64,000 nucleotides of DNA from the human T2T-CHM13v2.0 reference genome, Homo sapiens: assembly GCF_009914755.1 (NCBI RefSeq), contig NC_060928.1. One strand, written 5' to 3'. The position numbers and the translations under genes are program-made. The notes beneath the pieces were generated by a model. It was not told where the DNA came from. It ran no database searches and saw only the letters and a list, made by a program, of their open reading frames with translations. Of this stretch, positions 29,900 to 40,578 are shown one piece after another; position 1 is the first letter of the stretch; each line of letters begins with the position of its first letter.

Positions 29900-31230
29900 T
29901 TTATTGTGCTAAAATGTGGATGATCCGTTGACCTGTTGTCAAGTTTATTGATTCTTTTCACTGTCGTTTCCAGTCTCTTGAAAAGCTGATTGAATGAATT
30001 CTTCATCTTAGACATCATATATTTTATTTCTAGCAATTTCATTTGGCTCTTTTAAATAGTTTCTATTTCTGTGGCCAAATTACCCGTTGTATATTATGTA
30101 CCTTTTCCACTAGATCTTTTAACATATTTATCAAATTTATATAATATTAACTTTTGGGCCATCTCTCAGTCTGTTTTTATTTTCTTTCAAAATATGCTAT
30201 TTTTCTTCATGTGTTTTGTAATTTTTGAATGTGTACAGGACATTGTTTGTCAAAATACAGTAGAGACTGAAGTAAGTAATATTTTTGCCCAGGATACCTT
30301 TTTTTCTGTCAGCCATCTGTATAAACTATAGTTGAGCTATGTGTGAAGTTTACTGTCATTTTAATTAGGTTTAGTTCACCAATAGGTTAATGATTCAAGA
30401 ATGAGTCAGTACTTTACCTCCAACAGGGCAAGACCTTTTTGTACAAACAATCTTTGGCTTCCTGAACCAAGGAGAATCTCATTCTGCTTTCTAAACTGGC
30501 TTCTAGATTTTTATGTTGTTAAAGAGTTTGCTTTGTTATACAGTTCTGCCTCCTGGCTTTCTGTGGTTCAAGGGACCTCTTTCTGCTCTGCTATGTTCTC
30601 CTTATCCATGGAGTATTGGGCAGTGAATTTTAGTGAATGCTAAGAGTGTCCATAAGGGGCTTAGGATGGTATGTTTCTGAGTGGTGGCAATGCAGAAGAG
30701 CTAAAAAGACCTTGAGATTTTGGGAACTTGCTCCCCAAAGAGATCTTTTAGGTCTCTTGCCCTTCCTCCAGCTGTGAGAACCCTCTGACAAGTACTTAAT
30801 GAAGGCCTGTGGCACTTCATAGAGTTTCCTTTAGTTCTTCTGCCCTCTTTTCATCATTCTATCTCACCTCTCTTGCTCTGCTCATCATCTTTTGCATTAG
30901 CACTTAGTGAAGGCCCATGGGAAAGGTGTGATGAGTAGGTGCAGATTCTCACTGTGCATCGAGCTTAGGATCCTAAACATCACACCAGCTGTCATTTAGT
31001 CATAAAATTCTTACAAAGTTTAGATAGTTTCTCCTTAAATCTATTAATGGTAACTTCCTACTTGCACTACCCTACAAAAGATGATAGGAGCTGTATGGCA
31101 GTTCCCAGGAAGGGCTTGTCACTTCCTAGATTTTAGTTCATTTTGGTTTCATTAATCCTCAGCTATCTAATAGGTTTGTTTTAAAAAGTATGACTTTGTA
31201 GGTTAGTTGGCTTGTTTTTGATAGTAGGGT
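29900..31230 (-). mobile_element. Ancient L1M/HAL1-type 5'/ORF1 remnant
   Basis: T-rich antisense L1 ORF1-like wording (CAAGTTTATTGATTCTTT..ATTTCATTTGGCTCTTTT); highly diverged. Confidence 0.45.
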
Positions 31231-31310
31231 ATAAATGGAAGCAGAAATTAGGATTAGGATCTGGTGTCCTTTGGATATATTCTGCCCAAAATACAATTAA
31301 CCCTTCATAC

Positions 31311-31429
31311 TGAGAAATAAAAATAAAATCCTAAGCCCCTTAACCAACTGAAGGAACCCTTTTTGGCCAAAGTGACCCCAGAAAAACCTCAAAAGCTAAG
31401 TTTCTTGCCATCATGGGATAGGAGGTCAG
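31311..31429 (+). mobile_element. MER4 LTR, 5' ~120 bp only
   Basis: TGAGAAATAAAAATAAAATCCTAAGCCCC..TTGGCCAAAGTGACCCCAGAAAAACCT..GGGATAGGAGGTCAG. Confidence 0.8.
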
Positions 31430-31629
31430 CCTTGACCTCCTGGGCTCAAGCAATCCTCCTGCCTCAGCCCCCAAGTAGCTTGGACTACAGGCATGCACCA
31501 CCGTGCCTGGTTAATTTTTATATTTTTTATAGAGACAGGGTTTTGCCATGTTGCCCAGCTGGTCTTGAACTCCTGAGCACAAGTGATTCACCTGCCTCAG
31601 CCTCCCAGTGTTCTGGAATTACAGGCATG
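31427..31629 (-). mobile_element. AluJ fragment lacking the tail end and the extreme 5' end
   Basis: CAGCCTTGACCTCCTGGGCTCAAGCAATCC..GGAATTACAGGCATG. Confidence 0.9.
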
Positions 31630-31729
31630 CATTTGACTTCTAAGTACACATATTTGACTTGCTTTGGTTGAAGCACTGCACTGGCCTGAAGTCATACAAG
31701 GACCTCTGAACTACCTGGGAGAGGCCATA

Positions 31730-32440
31730 TGTTCTCATTGCTACTGCTGTTATTGCTTTTAGGTCCTCTCAAGTAGACAGATCTGGGAAACTATATATAT
31801 AGAGAGTCTCCATTTATCATCCATCTATTAAAAACTATGAGTTCATACTGATACCTCCAATTTTAATCTGAAAGCACATTGTACATTCTAATCCTCCCTT
31901 TTCCATATTTGTAACTTTCTTCTACAACAGTGAGAAACTTGGATCTCATTATGCTTAATATATTTACTCATTTGATTAAGATTAGGATACAGAGAAATTC
32001 ATTTCAGAATTGCTAACTGTATTAGTCTGTTTTCAAGCTGCTGATAAAGACATACCTGAGACTGGACAATTTACAAAAGAAAGAGGTTTAATTGGACTTA
32101 CAGTTTCACATAACTGGGGAAACCTCACAATCATGGTGGAAGGCAAGGAGGAGCAAGTCACATCTTACATGGATGGCAGCAGGCAAAAAGAGAGAGGGTT
32201 TGTGCAGGGGAACTCCTCTTTTTAAAACCATCGGATCTTGTGAGATTTATTCACTATCATGAGGACAGCATGGGAAAGACTTGCCCCCATGATTCACTTA
32301 CCTCCCACTGGGGTCCCTCCCACAACACATGGGAATTCAAGATTAGATTTGGGTGGGGACACAGCCAAACCAAATCACTAACCCATACCACTAGGAAAAA
32401 AAAAAGTCTATGAATTAGACTTCAATAATTGTTTACTGCT
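31730..32440 (-). mobile_element. L1MC-type fragment interrupted by THE1
   Basis: GAGTTCATACTGATACCTCCAATT..CAGTGAGAAACTTGG..TTTCAGAATTGCTAAC|CCATACCAC. Confidence 0.6.
32018..32377 (-). mobile_element. Solo THE1 LTR (THE1B-like)
   Basis: TGTATTAGTCTGTTTTC..GGAGCAAGTCACATCTTACATGGATGGCAGC..GGGGACACAGCCAAACCAAATCA; perfect 5-bp TSD CTAAC. Confidence 0.95.
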
Positions 32441-32444
32441 TTTT

Positions 32445-33012
32445 AAAGGTAAAATTTACACATAATGAAATAAAAACCTGTATACAATTCAATGAGTTTT
32501 GATAAATGCATACCTCATATAATCCACACCTCTCTAAAGATATTGACTATTTCCATCATCTCAGAATAATTTCCCTTTTTAATCCATTTTCCCTTCCTTT
32601 CCTCGAGTAACCACAGTTCTACTTTTTTTCACTGTAGTTTTGCCTGTTCTGGGGCTTCATACCATAGATAATACAGTATGTATTCAGAGTTGAGCTTCTT
32701 TTGCTCAGCATACTGTCTGTGAGATTCATATGTGCTATGTGTATCAAATTAAGAGTTTTTTTTAAATTTTGGTTAGAAATTATCTCATTATATGTATGCA
32801 TTCCACAATTTGTTTATTCTGTTGATGGACATTTGGTATGTTTCCAGTTTTTTTGCTAATATGAATAAAGCTGCTATAAACATTCTTGTCCAAGTCTTTG
32901 TGTGGACGTATGTTTTCTATCTCTTGGATAGATGCTCAAGAATGGGATTAGTGTGGCATGGGTGGGTGGGTGTCTACCTTTATGAGAAATTACAAAACAT
33001 TTTGGCAAAGTG
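32445..33012 (-). mobile_element. L1MB/ME 3' end
   Basis: TCAATGAGTTTTGATAAATG..TTTTGCTCAGCATA..GTTGATGGACATTTGG..ATGAATAAAGCTGCTATAAACATTC. Confidence 0.8.
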
Positions 33013-34519
33013 TTTGGACATTAAATCTGGCTTTGACTTCATTTTAACACATTTCTTTTGTAAGTAGCATGGGGCTTTACAGCTTCCCTCACTATGTGAT
33101 TCTCTCTGACCTTAGTATCCTTCATAGAAAGGGCTCTAGCATTGGATTGGTTTGAAGGCACACAAGGACCTCATAACTACGTGAGAGAGGCTAGTTTTAG
33201 GCTTCTAGCTGGGCTTCAGTGAAGTTGTAACAAGTCTTCATCCTCTGTGAGTTTCTGATCTATTACAAATTCCCCTCCTGCTCCCTAACCATGCAACCAG
33301 CCAATTCTTAACATCATGGTGGAGGTGTCATACTTCAATTGCAGCTCAACTTGGCATGTGCGAGGGGAGAGTATTTTCCCTCCACGGACTCCCTCAGACT
33401 TTGTTGTTTCAGTGCTTATGTAATCCTGAGCAAGCTGTGAGGTGCTGTGCTGATGAGGAATGTGTGGGTGGGCAAGGCCTCTCCTTTGGCTAACTTGACC
33501 CTGTGATCTTCTAGTCATCTCCTGCCAGAGCAACTAGAAGCTACTTCATAACTGAACCTGGCTCTAGTTGTGGTATCTGGATTTCATGAGTGCTGTGTTT
33601 AGCTGAGACTTGTCAGAAACAAAGTAACTAAGGGGTTTGAAACTCTGCAGTGTTCTGAAATACAGTAAAGCATCTATTCCCCAAAATAGCACTTGTACAA
33701 CACCGGGAATGTACATTTCCTTTCTCTTTCTCTCCTTTTGTTGGATTTTCTTTCCCCACAATAATTCATCCTGTCACCACATCCCTTTCTTTGAATGCAG
33801 TACGTGTTGCACTTTTCTTATCAGATTCAGACACTTTTTCTCTTTAGCAACCTCCTTCCTTTAGACTCAGTCCTACTCTTCCTTTTAGGTTTATTGGTGT
33901 CATGGGGCATTATCATCTATTATTGCCTGGTTGTGTCTCCTTAAGTGCAGGAAGCACTAAACCCTTGGTAATTACAGTGTTGGCCTCATGAAGGACTTTT
34001 GTGATTAAAATGTTTTATCATCAGTGGTTGTCCTGCATTATTTTTTTTATGTGGCTGCTGCGATGAACTATTTTACTATGAACAGGGCTGTGGTACTTGT
34101 CTAAACGAAGCAGTACAAACGCATTTTATGATGAGTCAGTACATTGTAGGTAACAGATGAAACCCTGGGTTATAGAGCAGGTTTAGACAATAGGGGTCAA
34201 GAGGAAACTTGACCAAAATCAAACATTTTTCTTTTGGGTAAAGGAGAATGTGTCAGGAGCCCTTGTTCTCTTCAGTGAGAGAAACTGTTGCCACTACTAA
34301 TTTGGACTCTACCTTCTTTCAACTTCCTGAAACGTGACATTCTTCTCAGGGAAATCCAGAGTCCTATGTTGATTTTTGTAGCCCCACCCAAGCTGCTCTT
34401 TAACCCCTCTTGCCTTAGGAGTGCTATCTTAAATGTTCTTTCTTGGCCATCCAACTAGGAATAAGTTTAGATAGCACTTTAAATCACTACATATTCACTC
34501 TTCCATTTATCCATCTATG

Positions 34520-34745
34520 TCTCCATTCATTCTTCTACCAAACATTGAACAATCACTAAAGTGCTCAGTGAATATATCAGGCGCAGTGGACAACTGTATG
34601 TGAATAAGATAAGACAGTGCCCTTTCCTCTAAAAGATTATAATTTAGAAGAGATAGGGAAGCAAATAATGTCTGTATATAAGTGATCAAATAAAAGAAAT
34701 AAAGTAATGAATTCCACAAAAGAGGCATGAACTGTGCTGTGTTAG
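34520..34745 (-). mobile_element. L2 3' fragment
   Basis: CATTCATTC..GTGAATAAGATAAGACAGTGCCCTTTCCTC L2 tail motifs. Confidence 0.55.
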
Positions 34746-34754
34746 GTGAGAAGA

Positions 34755-35340
34755 GTGTTCCCCACACTTTTTGATTGTGCAGCCCATTAAAATTTTTGCA
34801 CACCTACCAACAATATATATTTTATATAAATTATGTATATGTACTCTGTACTAATATGTTGCATACATTATAATTGTGTGCATAGAGATTAACATATAAT
34901 GTAAAGATGAAATAGGCTGTAGTGTTTAAATGATTTTAGTTTTATTGAACCATACAAAACTTTTCCTGGTCTGTCGAATATGCTATTAATAATTTTTTAG
35001 TGATAGCATTGTGGTTTTTATGTCAGTCTGATTCAATAGTCATTGTTTTTGCACCTATAATGGCTGATTTAAAGGTTATATTGGGAGGATGGGGAATATC
35101 ATATCTGTTTAATTATTATTTGTGGATGCTTACATTATTACTGTAATTTTAATTTGCAGTTTCTTTGTAAGAAAAATGTTAAGTATGTTGTAAGAGTTAG
35201 TTTAATCCAAAACTAGATAAGACTATCCAAATATCTACATAATCTGCAATATGTCACAAGATGTTGAAAATGAATGATGATGGATAGATGCCATAGCAAA
35301 CACTTCCCCAGTGTGTAACTCCAAACTTTTGAAGGCTACT
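34755..35340. mobile_element. Probable hAT-Charlie DNA transposon remnant
   Basis: Charlie-like termini (AGTGTTCCCCACACTTTTTGATTGTGCA ... CCAAACTTTTGAAGGCTACT) around an AT-rich body. Confidence 0.35.
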
Positions 35341-35409
35341 TTCCATAGCATCTATGTCTGATGCATAGGCCCAGTGAGGGTCTTAGTGTCAATCTGTATA
35401 TAAAAATCA

Positions 35410-35675
35410 GCAATGGGTTAATGGATACAAGCATATAGCTAGATATAAGGAATAAGTCCTTATGTTCAACAGCAGAGTAGGGTGACTATAGAAATGTATT
35501 GTGTATTTCAAAATGGCTAGAAGAGAGATCTTAAAATATTTCCAACACATAGAAGGGATAAATACTTGAGGTGATGGATATGCCAAATACTCTGACTTGA
35601 TCAATATACATTCTATACATGTAACAAAATATCTCACGTACCCCATAAATATGTATGAACATTATGTATCAATAT
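35410..35675 (+). mobile_element. L1MA (MA5-8-like) 3' end
   Basis: GGGTTAATGGATACAAGCATA..GAGGTGATGGATATGCC..TACCCCATAAATATGTA. Confidence 0.85.
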
Positions 35676-36650
35676 TTACTTCTTATTTTTAATAAGAAAT
35701 ATAACTTAAAAAGATGTTCTATAAAAAGATGTCCAAATATTTTCTTCCCACACTCCAATAGATCATTTGCTCTTCTTCTGGGGGGTGTGTATGCCAGTTT
35801 GGAGACTCCTGAGTTAGAGGACATGAGTACCTCATATGTGAACACATTAGTGAAAACATCACATAAGAGCTTAGCTTTAAATGATGAGTAGAAACTGGAG
35901 AAGAGCTGGCTTTCAGAAGAGAGCAAATGGCATATGTACTGCCATGAAGGCATGGAAGTACAGGGTATGCTTGAGAATTAATGAAATGTTCGTTACACTG
36001 GTGCATCAAAGGAGAATTGTGGGGAATTGGAGCCAGAATAAAGAGGTATTGAGTATTTTACCTAAGGTAAGAATTTTGAACTTTATAAATTAAGCTTTAG
36101 AAGGCATTATATATATTTTCAACTGGGAGGTGGTATTTTATCAAGAGAAGCAATTTCCTTTATTTTAACTTCCCTTGTCATCTCTTAGAAAGTGACTGTT
36201 CACTCATCTGCATTCACTTCTCTCTACAGCTTGTTATTGGAAATACTAGTCCAGTAGTAGATAGTGACTGGGATGAGTTGGAGGGGAATTAAATAAATTA
36301 AGATGCATGTTACATTACCAGTGAATGGTTTAAGTCAGAGTTAATGAAGCCTTAATGAAGAGTGATGGTGATAGAAATGAAGGCAAAATTGAAGACTGTT
36401 TAGTGAAGGAAGAGGAAAACCACATCTCTGTTCACAAAGTTCTAGCCTGGGTAAGTAGGAAAATGGGGATCAAGAGAAATGGAAACACCAGGAGAAGGGC
36501 AGATTTGAAGGAATCATCGATGAGTGGCTAATATGTAGCTAAAGGCACTCAAAATAAATACATAGAGAAAGCATTAAAGAAATTAATAAGATTAATGAGA
36601 GAAACAGGTTAAAAGAAGATCAGAGACAACGTTAGGGAAACACCTTCTAA

Positions 36651-36965
<315 letters not shown>

Positions 36966-38419
36966 CTAGTGCTTTAACCTAGCATTTCCAGTTGCATTTG
37001 AGACTGAGGAATCTTAACTCTTATCCTCTTGATTCAACTACTAATGTCTGGTGATTGTCACACTTGACAGATGCTTTTCTATCAGTTAAATAAAGTTAAT
37101 ATGTTTTCATATCAGGTTTTAATGATCTTAGGTGAACTAGTTTAAAAAACTTCTATACTAAAACAGCTTAGGGAGAAAGGGGGCCCAAAAGAACTAAGCA
37201 CACTTTTAGAAAATAACATAAAACAACAAAAGGCAGAAAAAAAAATAGAAGTTCCTGAACACAGAACTACATTTGAAATGGAAATAATCTGGACTATCAA
37301 GAAGGTTATATTTAAAGCTACCAACTCAAGTGATTTTGACAATATAAGCCAATAAAATGTAATAAATATGTAGTTTAATTTTTTTTCTTACTGAATTGTC
37401 CAGTTTGATGGATTTGGTGGATTGTTTTGCTGTCATTAAAAATACAACATCCAAGGCAGATTTTAAAAGAAATACGGAGAATTGGTGAAGTGTTTAGGAT
37501 TAACAAAAAAAATCCAAGATCAGGTCTTGGGAAATAATTTGAGGGTGGGGGAAAAGAATACAGGAAAATATTTCTGGAAATTGGTAACAATATTATACTT
37601 AGTGGAAGGAGAAAGATAGTAATGAATGAGCATGCATCTTCAAAGTAAAAAAAGAGCAACCTGAATTACAATTTTGTTTTGCTTTTTAAACTTGGACAGA
37701 TTACTGAGTACTCAAGGAAAAAAACCTTGTCAAACTCACTCATTATGACCATGAAAAGTAGGTCGGGAAGACTTGGTGCACTTTATTTCAATTTTAACAC
37801 ATTTTAAGTTATATTCTACATATTAAGGAATCAGATTACAGCCATCCTGTGGAGGCTCGCTGGTTAGGGGACCAAATGTGGAGTGTGATAATGAAAATAT
37901 AGGTCAACTTGGAGGAGGAGTGGTGTAGACACATTGGTCAATAATTCAGGAAAAAAAAAAAAGAAGTATACTGGTTAAGTTTGCTGCAAATGATGGCATA
38001 GATCTTAGAGCATATGATTAGCATTATTAAAATAGATTTCTTACAAACGTAGACAAATTGTATGAGATTCCCAGAGATTCTCAGTTAAAAGTATCAAGTA
38101 CTTGGGACAGGACAATACTTACTTAAAGGGAATCCTTACTCTGTAATCTTCCTTAAATTAGCTGGTGAATATTTTAGCAGTGATTATCAAGCAATGAATC
38201 CAGAAGGTAGCCCTGTAAGAGATGGGAAGCATCACACTGGGAGGCAGGAATAGAAGTGCAGAAATCAAGAACCATGAGGCCATTTTCCAGTTATGTCTAT
38301 GGCTAGCCAGAAATGCCCTGGGCTCCATTTTAAAGCTTTGGATTTTACACAAAAGTATTTAGAGGACTTAGAAAAAAATTTAGGAGTGAAAGTAAAAATA
38401 ATAATAAAAAAAAGATCTA

Positions 38420-38720
38420 TGAGTATAGGTTAAAAAAAACTGATTATTCAGCTAAGCAAGAGAGGCCTGGGTTATTTAATTATTGATGATAAGCAACTAA
38501 TCTCCATTTACACAGCAAGGGTCAAAAGAAAAAGAAATGGGCCCAAACTGCAGTGTGTGGGATTTAGATTAAATATAGGGAAGAACTGGCTAAGAAGGAT
38601 GAATTACTATGGAAGGACATGGAATTTCCTATGTGGGAGGTCTTTCAAAATAGTCTCTCAATTGTAAAGGCTAATTTCAAAATTAAATCCTGTCTGAATA
38701 GTAGGGCTAGAGATTGGTGA
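38420..38720 (+). mobile_element. CR1/L3-type LINE 3' remnant
   Basis: GAAATGGGCCCAAACTGCAG..GGATTTAGATTAAATATAGGGAAGAAC..GGAGGTCTTTCAAAATAG. Confidence 0.6.
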
Positions 38721-39002
38721 ATTAGAAGGTGTAGGAGAGTAACATAAACACTAAAGAGACCTTATGATCTTAAAATATAACAATTATCTTGAAAATAATA
38801 CAAGTTATGAAGTAGAATTAGAAAATCAGAGACAGCTAATATGTGTTGTTACTTATTCTTATTTTATCTTTCTTCATCCATTAATCTGGGCAGCAGTTTG
38901 GGCATTTGCCAAGCAAGTTATAATTATCTATTGTTGAGATTTAAATCTCTTGATTATGTAACAAGTACCAAGAAAGACTGGATAGAGACGTTGGGAAATT
39001 TA

Positions 39003-39375
<373 letters not shown>

Positions 39376-39851
39376 TTATCAGCTTAACAGTTTTTATTCA
39401 TTGAGTAACTTCTAGATGCCCACTAACCAAACTCGATGCTGTGGGAACATAGAGGGAAATAGGACATGATTTCCAGCCTTTAAGAGTGTATGGTCTATAT
39501 GGAATAATTTGATAAACACATGTGAAAAATTAGTATACAATATGAGACAGAATTATAGAATTATGTGATATGTGATATGGGCTATTTGCTGGAAGAGTTG
39601 GATAGCGGGGGTTTGGACAGGAGGTACCATAGAGGAGGTAGGTTTTAAAGGATGGAAAAGAACTAAAGAAGAGGAGTATGAGGAGCATATTTTTGGGAGG
39701 ATAATATGAGCAAAGGGATAGAAGTGAGAATATATGTGCTTGAGTCATACTTTTGATACACTGGGGAGCGTTGTGAATTTAATCTTTTGGATCAATTCAC
39801 AGTTGTTAATATGTCATGCAATGTCTTTACGATTTGCTAATATCTATAAAC

Positions 39852-39909
39852 TTATCTCATCCTATCTTTTTGTACAACCATTATCTCATCCTATCTTTTT
39901 GTGCAACCA
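39852..39909. repeat. 29-bp tandem duplication, 1 mismatch
   Basis: TTATCTCATCCTATCTTTTTGT(A/G)CAACCA x2. Confidence 0.96.
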
Positions 39910-39944
39910 CACTCCCTTTTCTTTGTCACAACCCTGCGTGTGTC

Positions 39945-40130
39945 TGTTTGAGTTCAAATTCTAGTTCTACCACTCCATAACTCTATGACTTTGAGTCTTG
40001 GTTACTTCATATATAAAATGGGGATAATAATAGGACCTGCCTCAAAGTGTTGTTGTGAAGATTAAATACCTTGATAGACATAAAGTGCTTGGAAGAGTTC
40101 CCAGTTCATTGTAAGGATCAATAAGATATC
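39945..40130 (+). mobile_element. MIR
   Basis: GAGTTCAAATTCTAGTTCTACCAC..TAAAATGGGGATAATAATAG..GTTGTGAAGATTAAAT. Confidence 0.75.
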
Positions 40131-40136
40131 ATCTGG

Positions 40137-40258
40137 GGCTGGGCACGGTGGCTCATGCTTGTAATCCTAGTGATTGGGAAACTTAGATGGGAGGATCACT
40201 TGATGCCAGGAGTTTGAGACCAGCCTGGGAACACAGTGAGACCCCACCTTTATAAAAT
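40137..40258 (+). mobile_element. FLAM_C / AluJ left monomer
   Basis: GGCTGGGCACGGTGGCTCATGC..GGAGGATCACTTGA..CCAGCCTGGG..GAGACCCC. Confidence 0.85.
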
Positions 40259-40287
40259 ATGTATATGTATATATATATATATATATA

Positions 40288-40578
40288 TTTTTTTTTTTGA
40301 GACGGAGTCTCACTCTGTCGCCCAGGCTGGAGTGCAGTGGTGCGATCTTGGCTCACTGCAACCTCCGCATCCCAGGTTCAAATGACGCTCATCCTTCAGC
40401 CTCTTGAGTAGCTAGGATTACAGGTGTACACCACCACGCCCAGCTAATTTTGTATTTTTAGTAGAGATGGGGTTTCACGATGTTGACCAGGCTTGTCTCA
40501 AACTCCTAACCTCAAGTGATCTGCACACCTCGGGCTCCCAAAGTGCTAGGATTACAGGTGTGAGCCACCGTGCCCAGG
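40288..40578 (-). mobile_element. AluS (Sx/Sz-like)
   Basis: Poly-T then GAGACGGAGTCTCAC..ACCTCAAGTGATC..GAGCCACCGTGCCCAGG. Confidence 0.95.
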
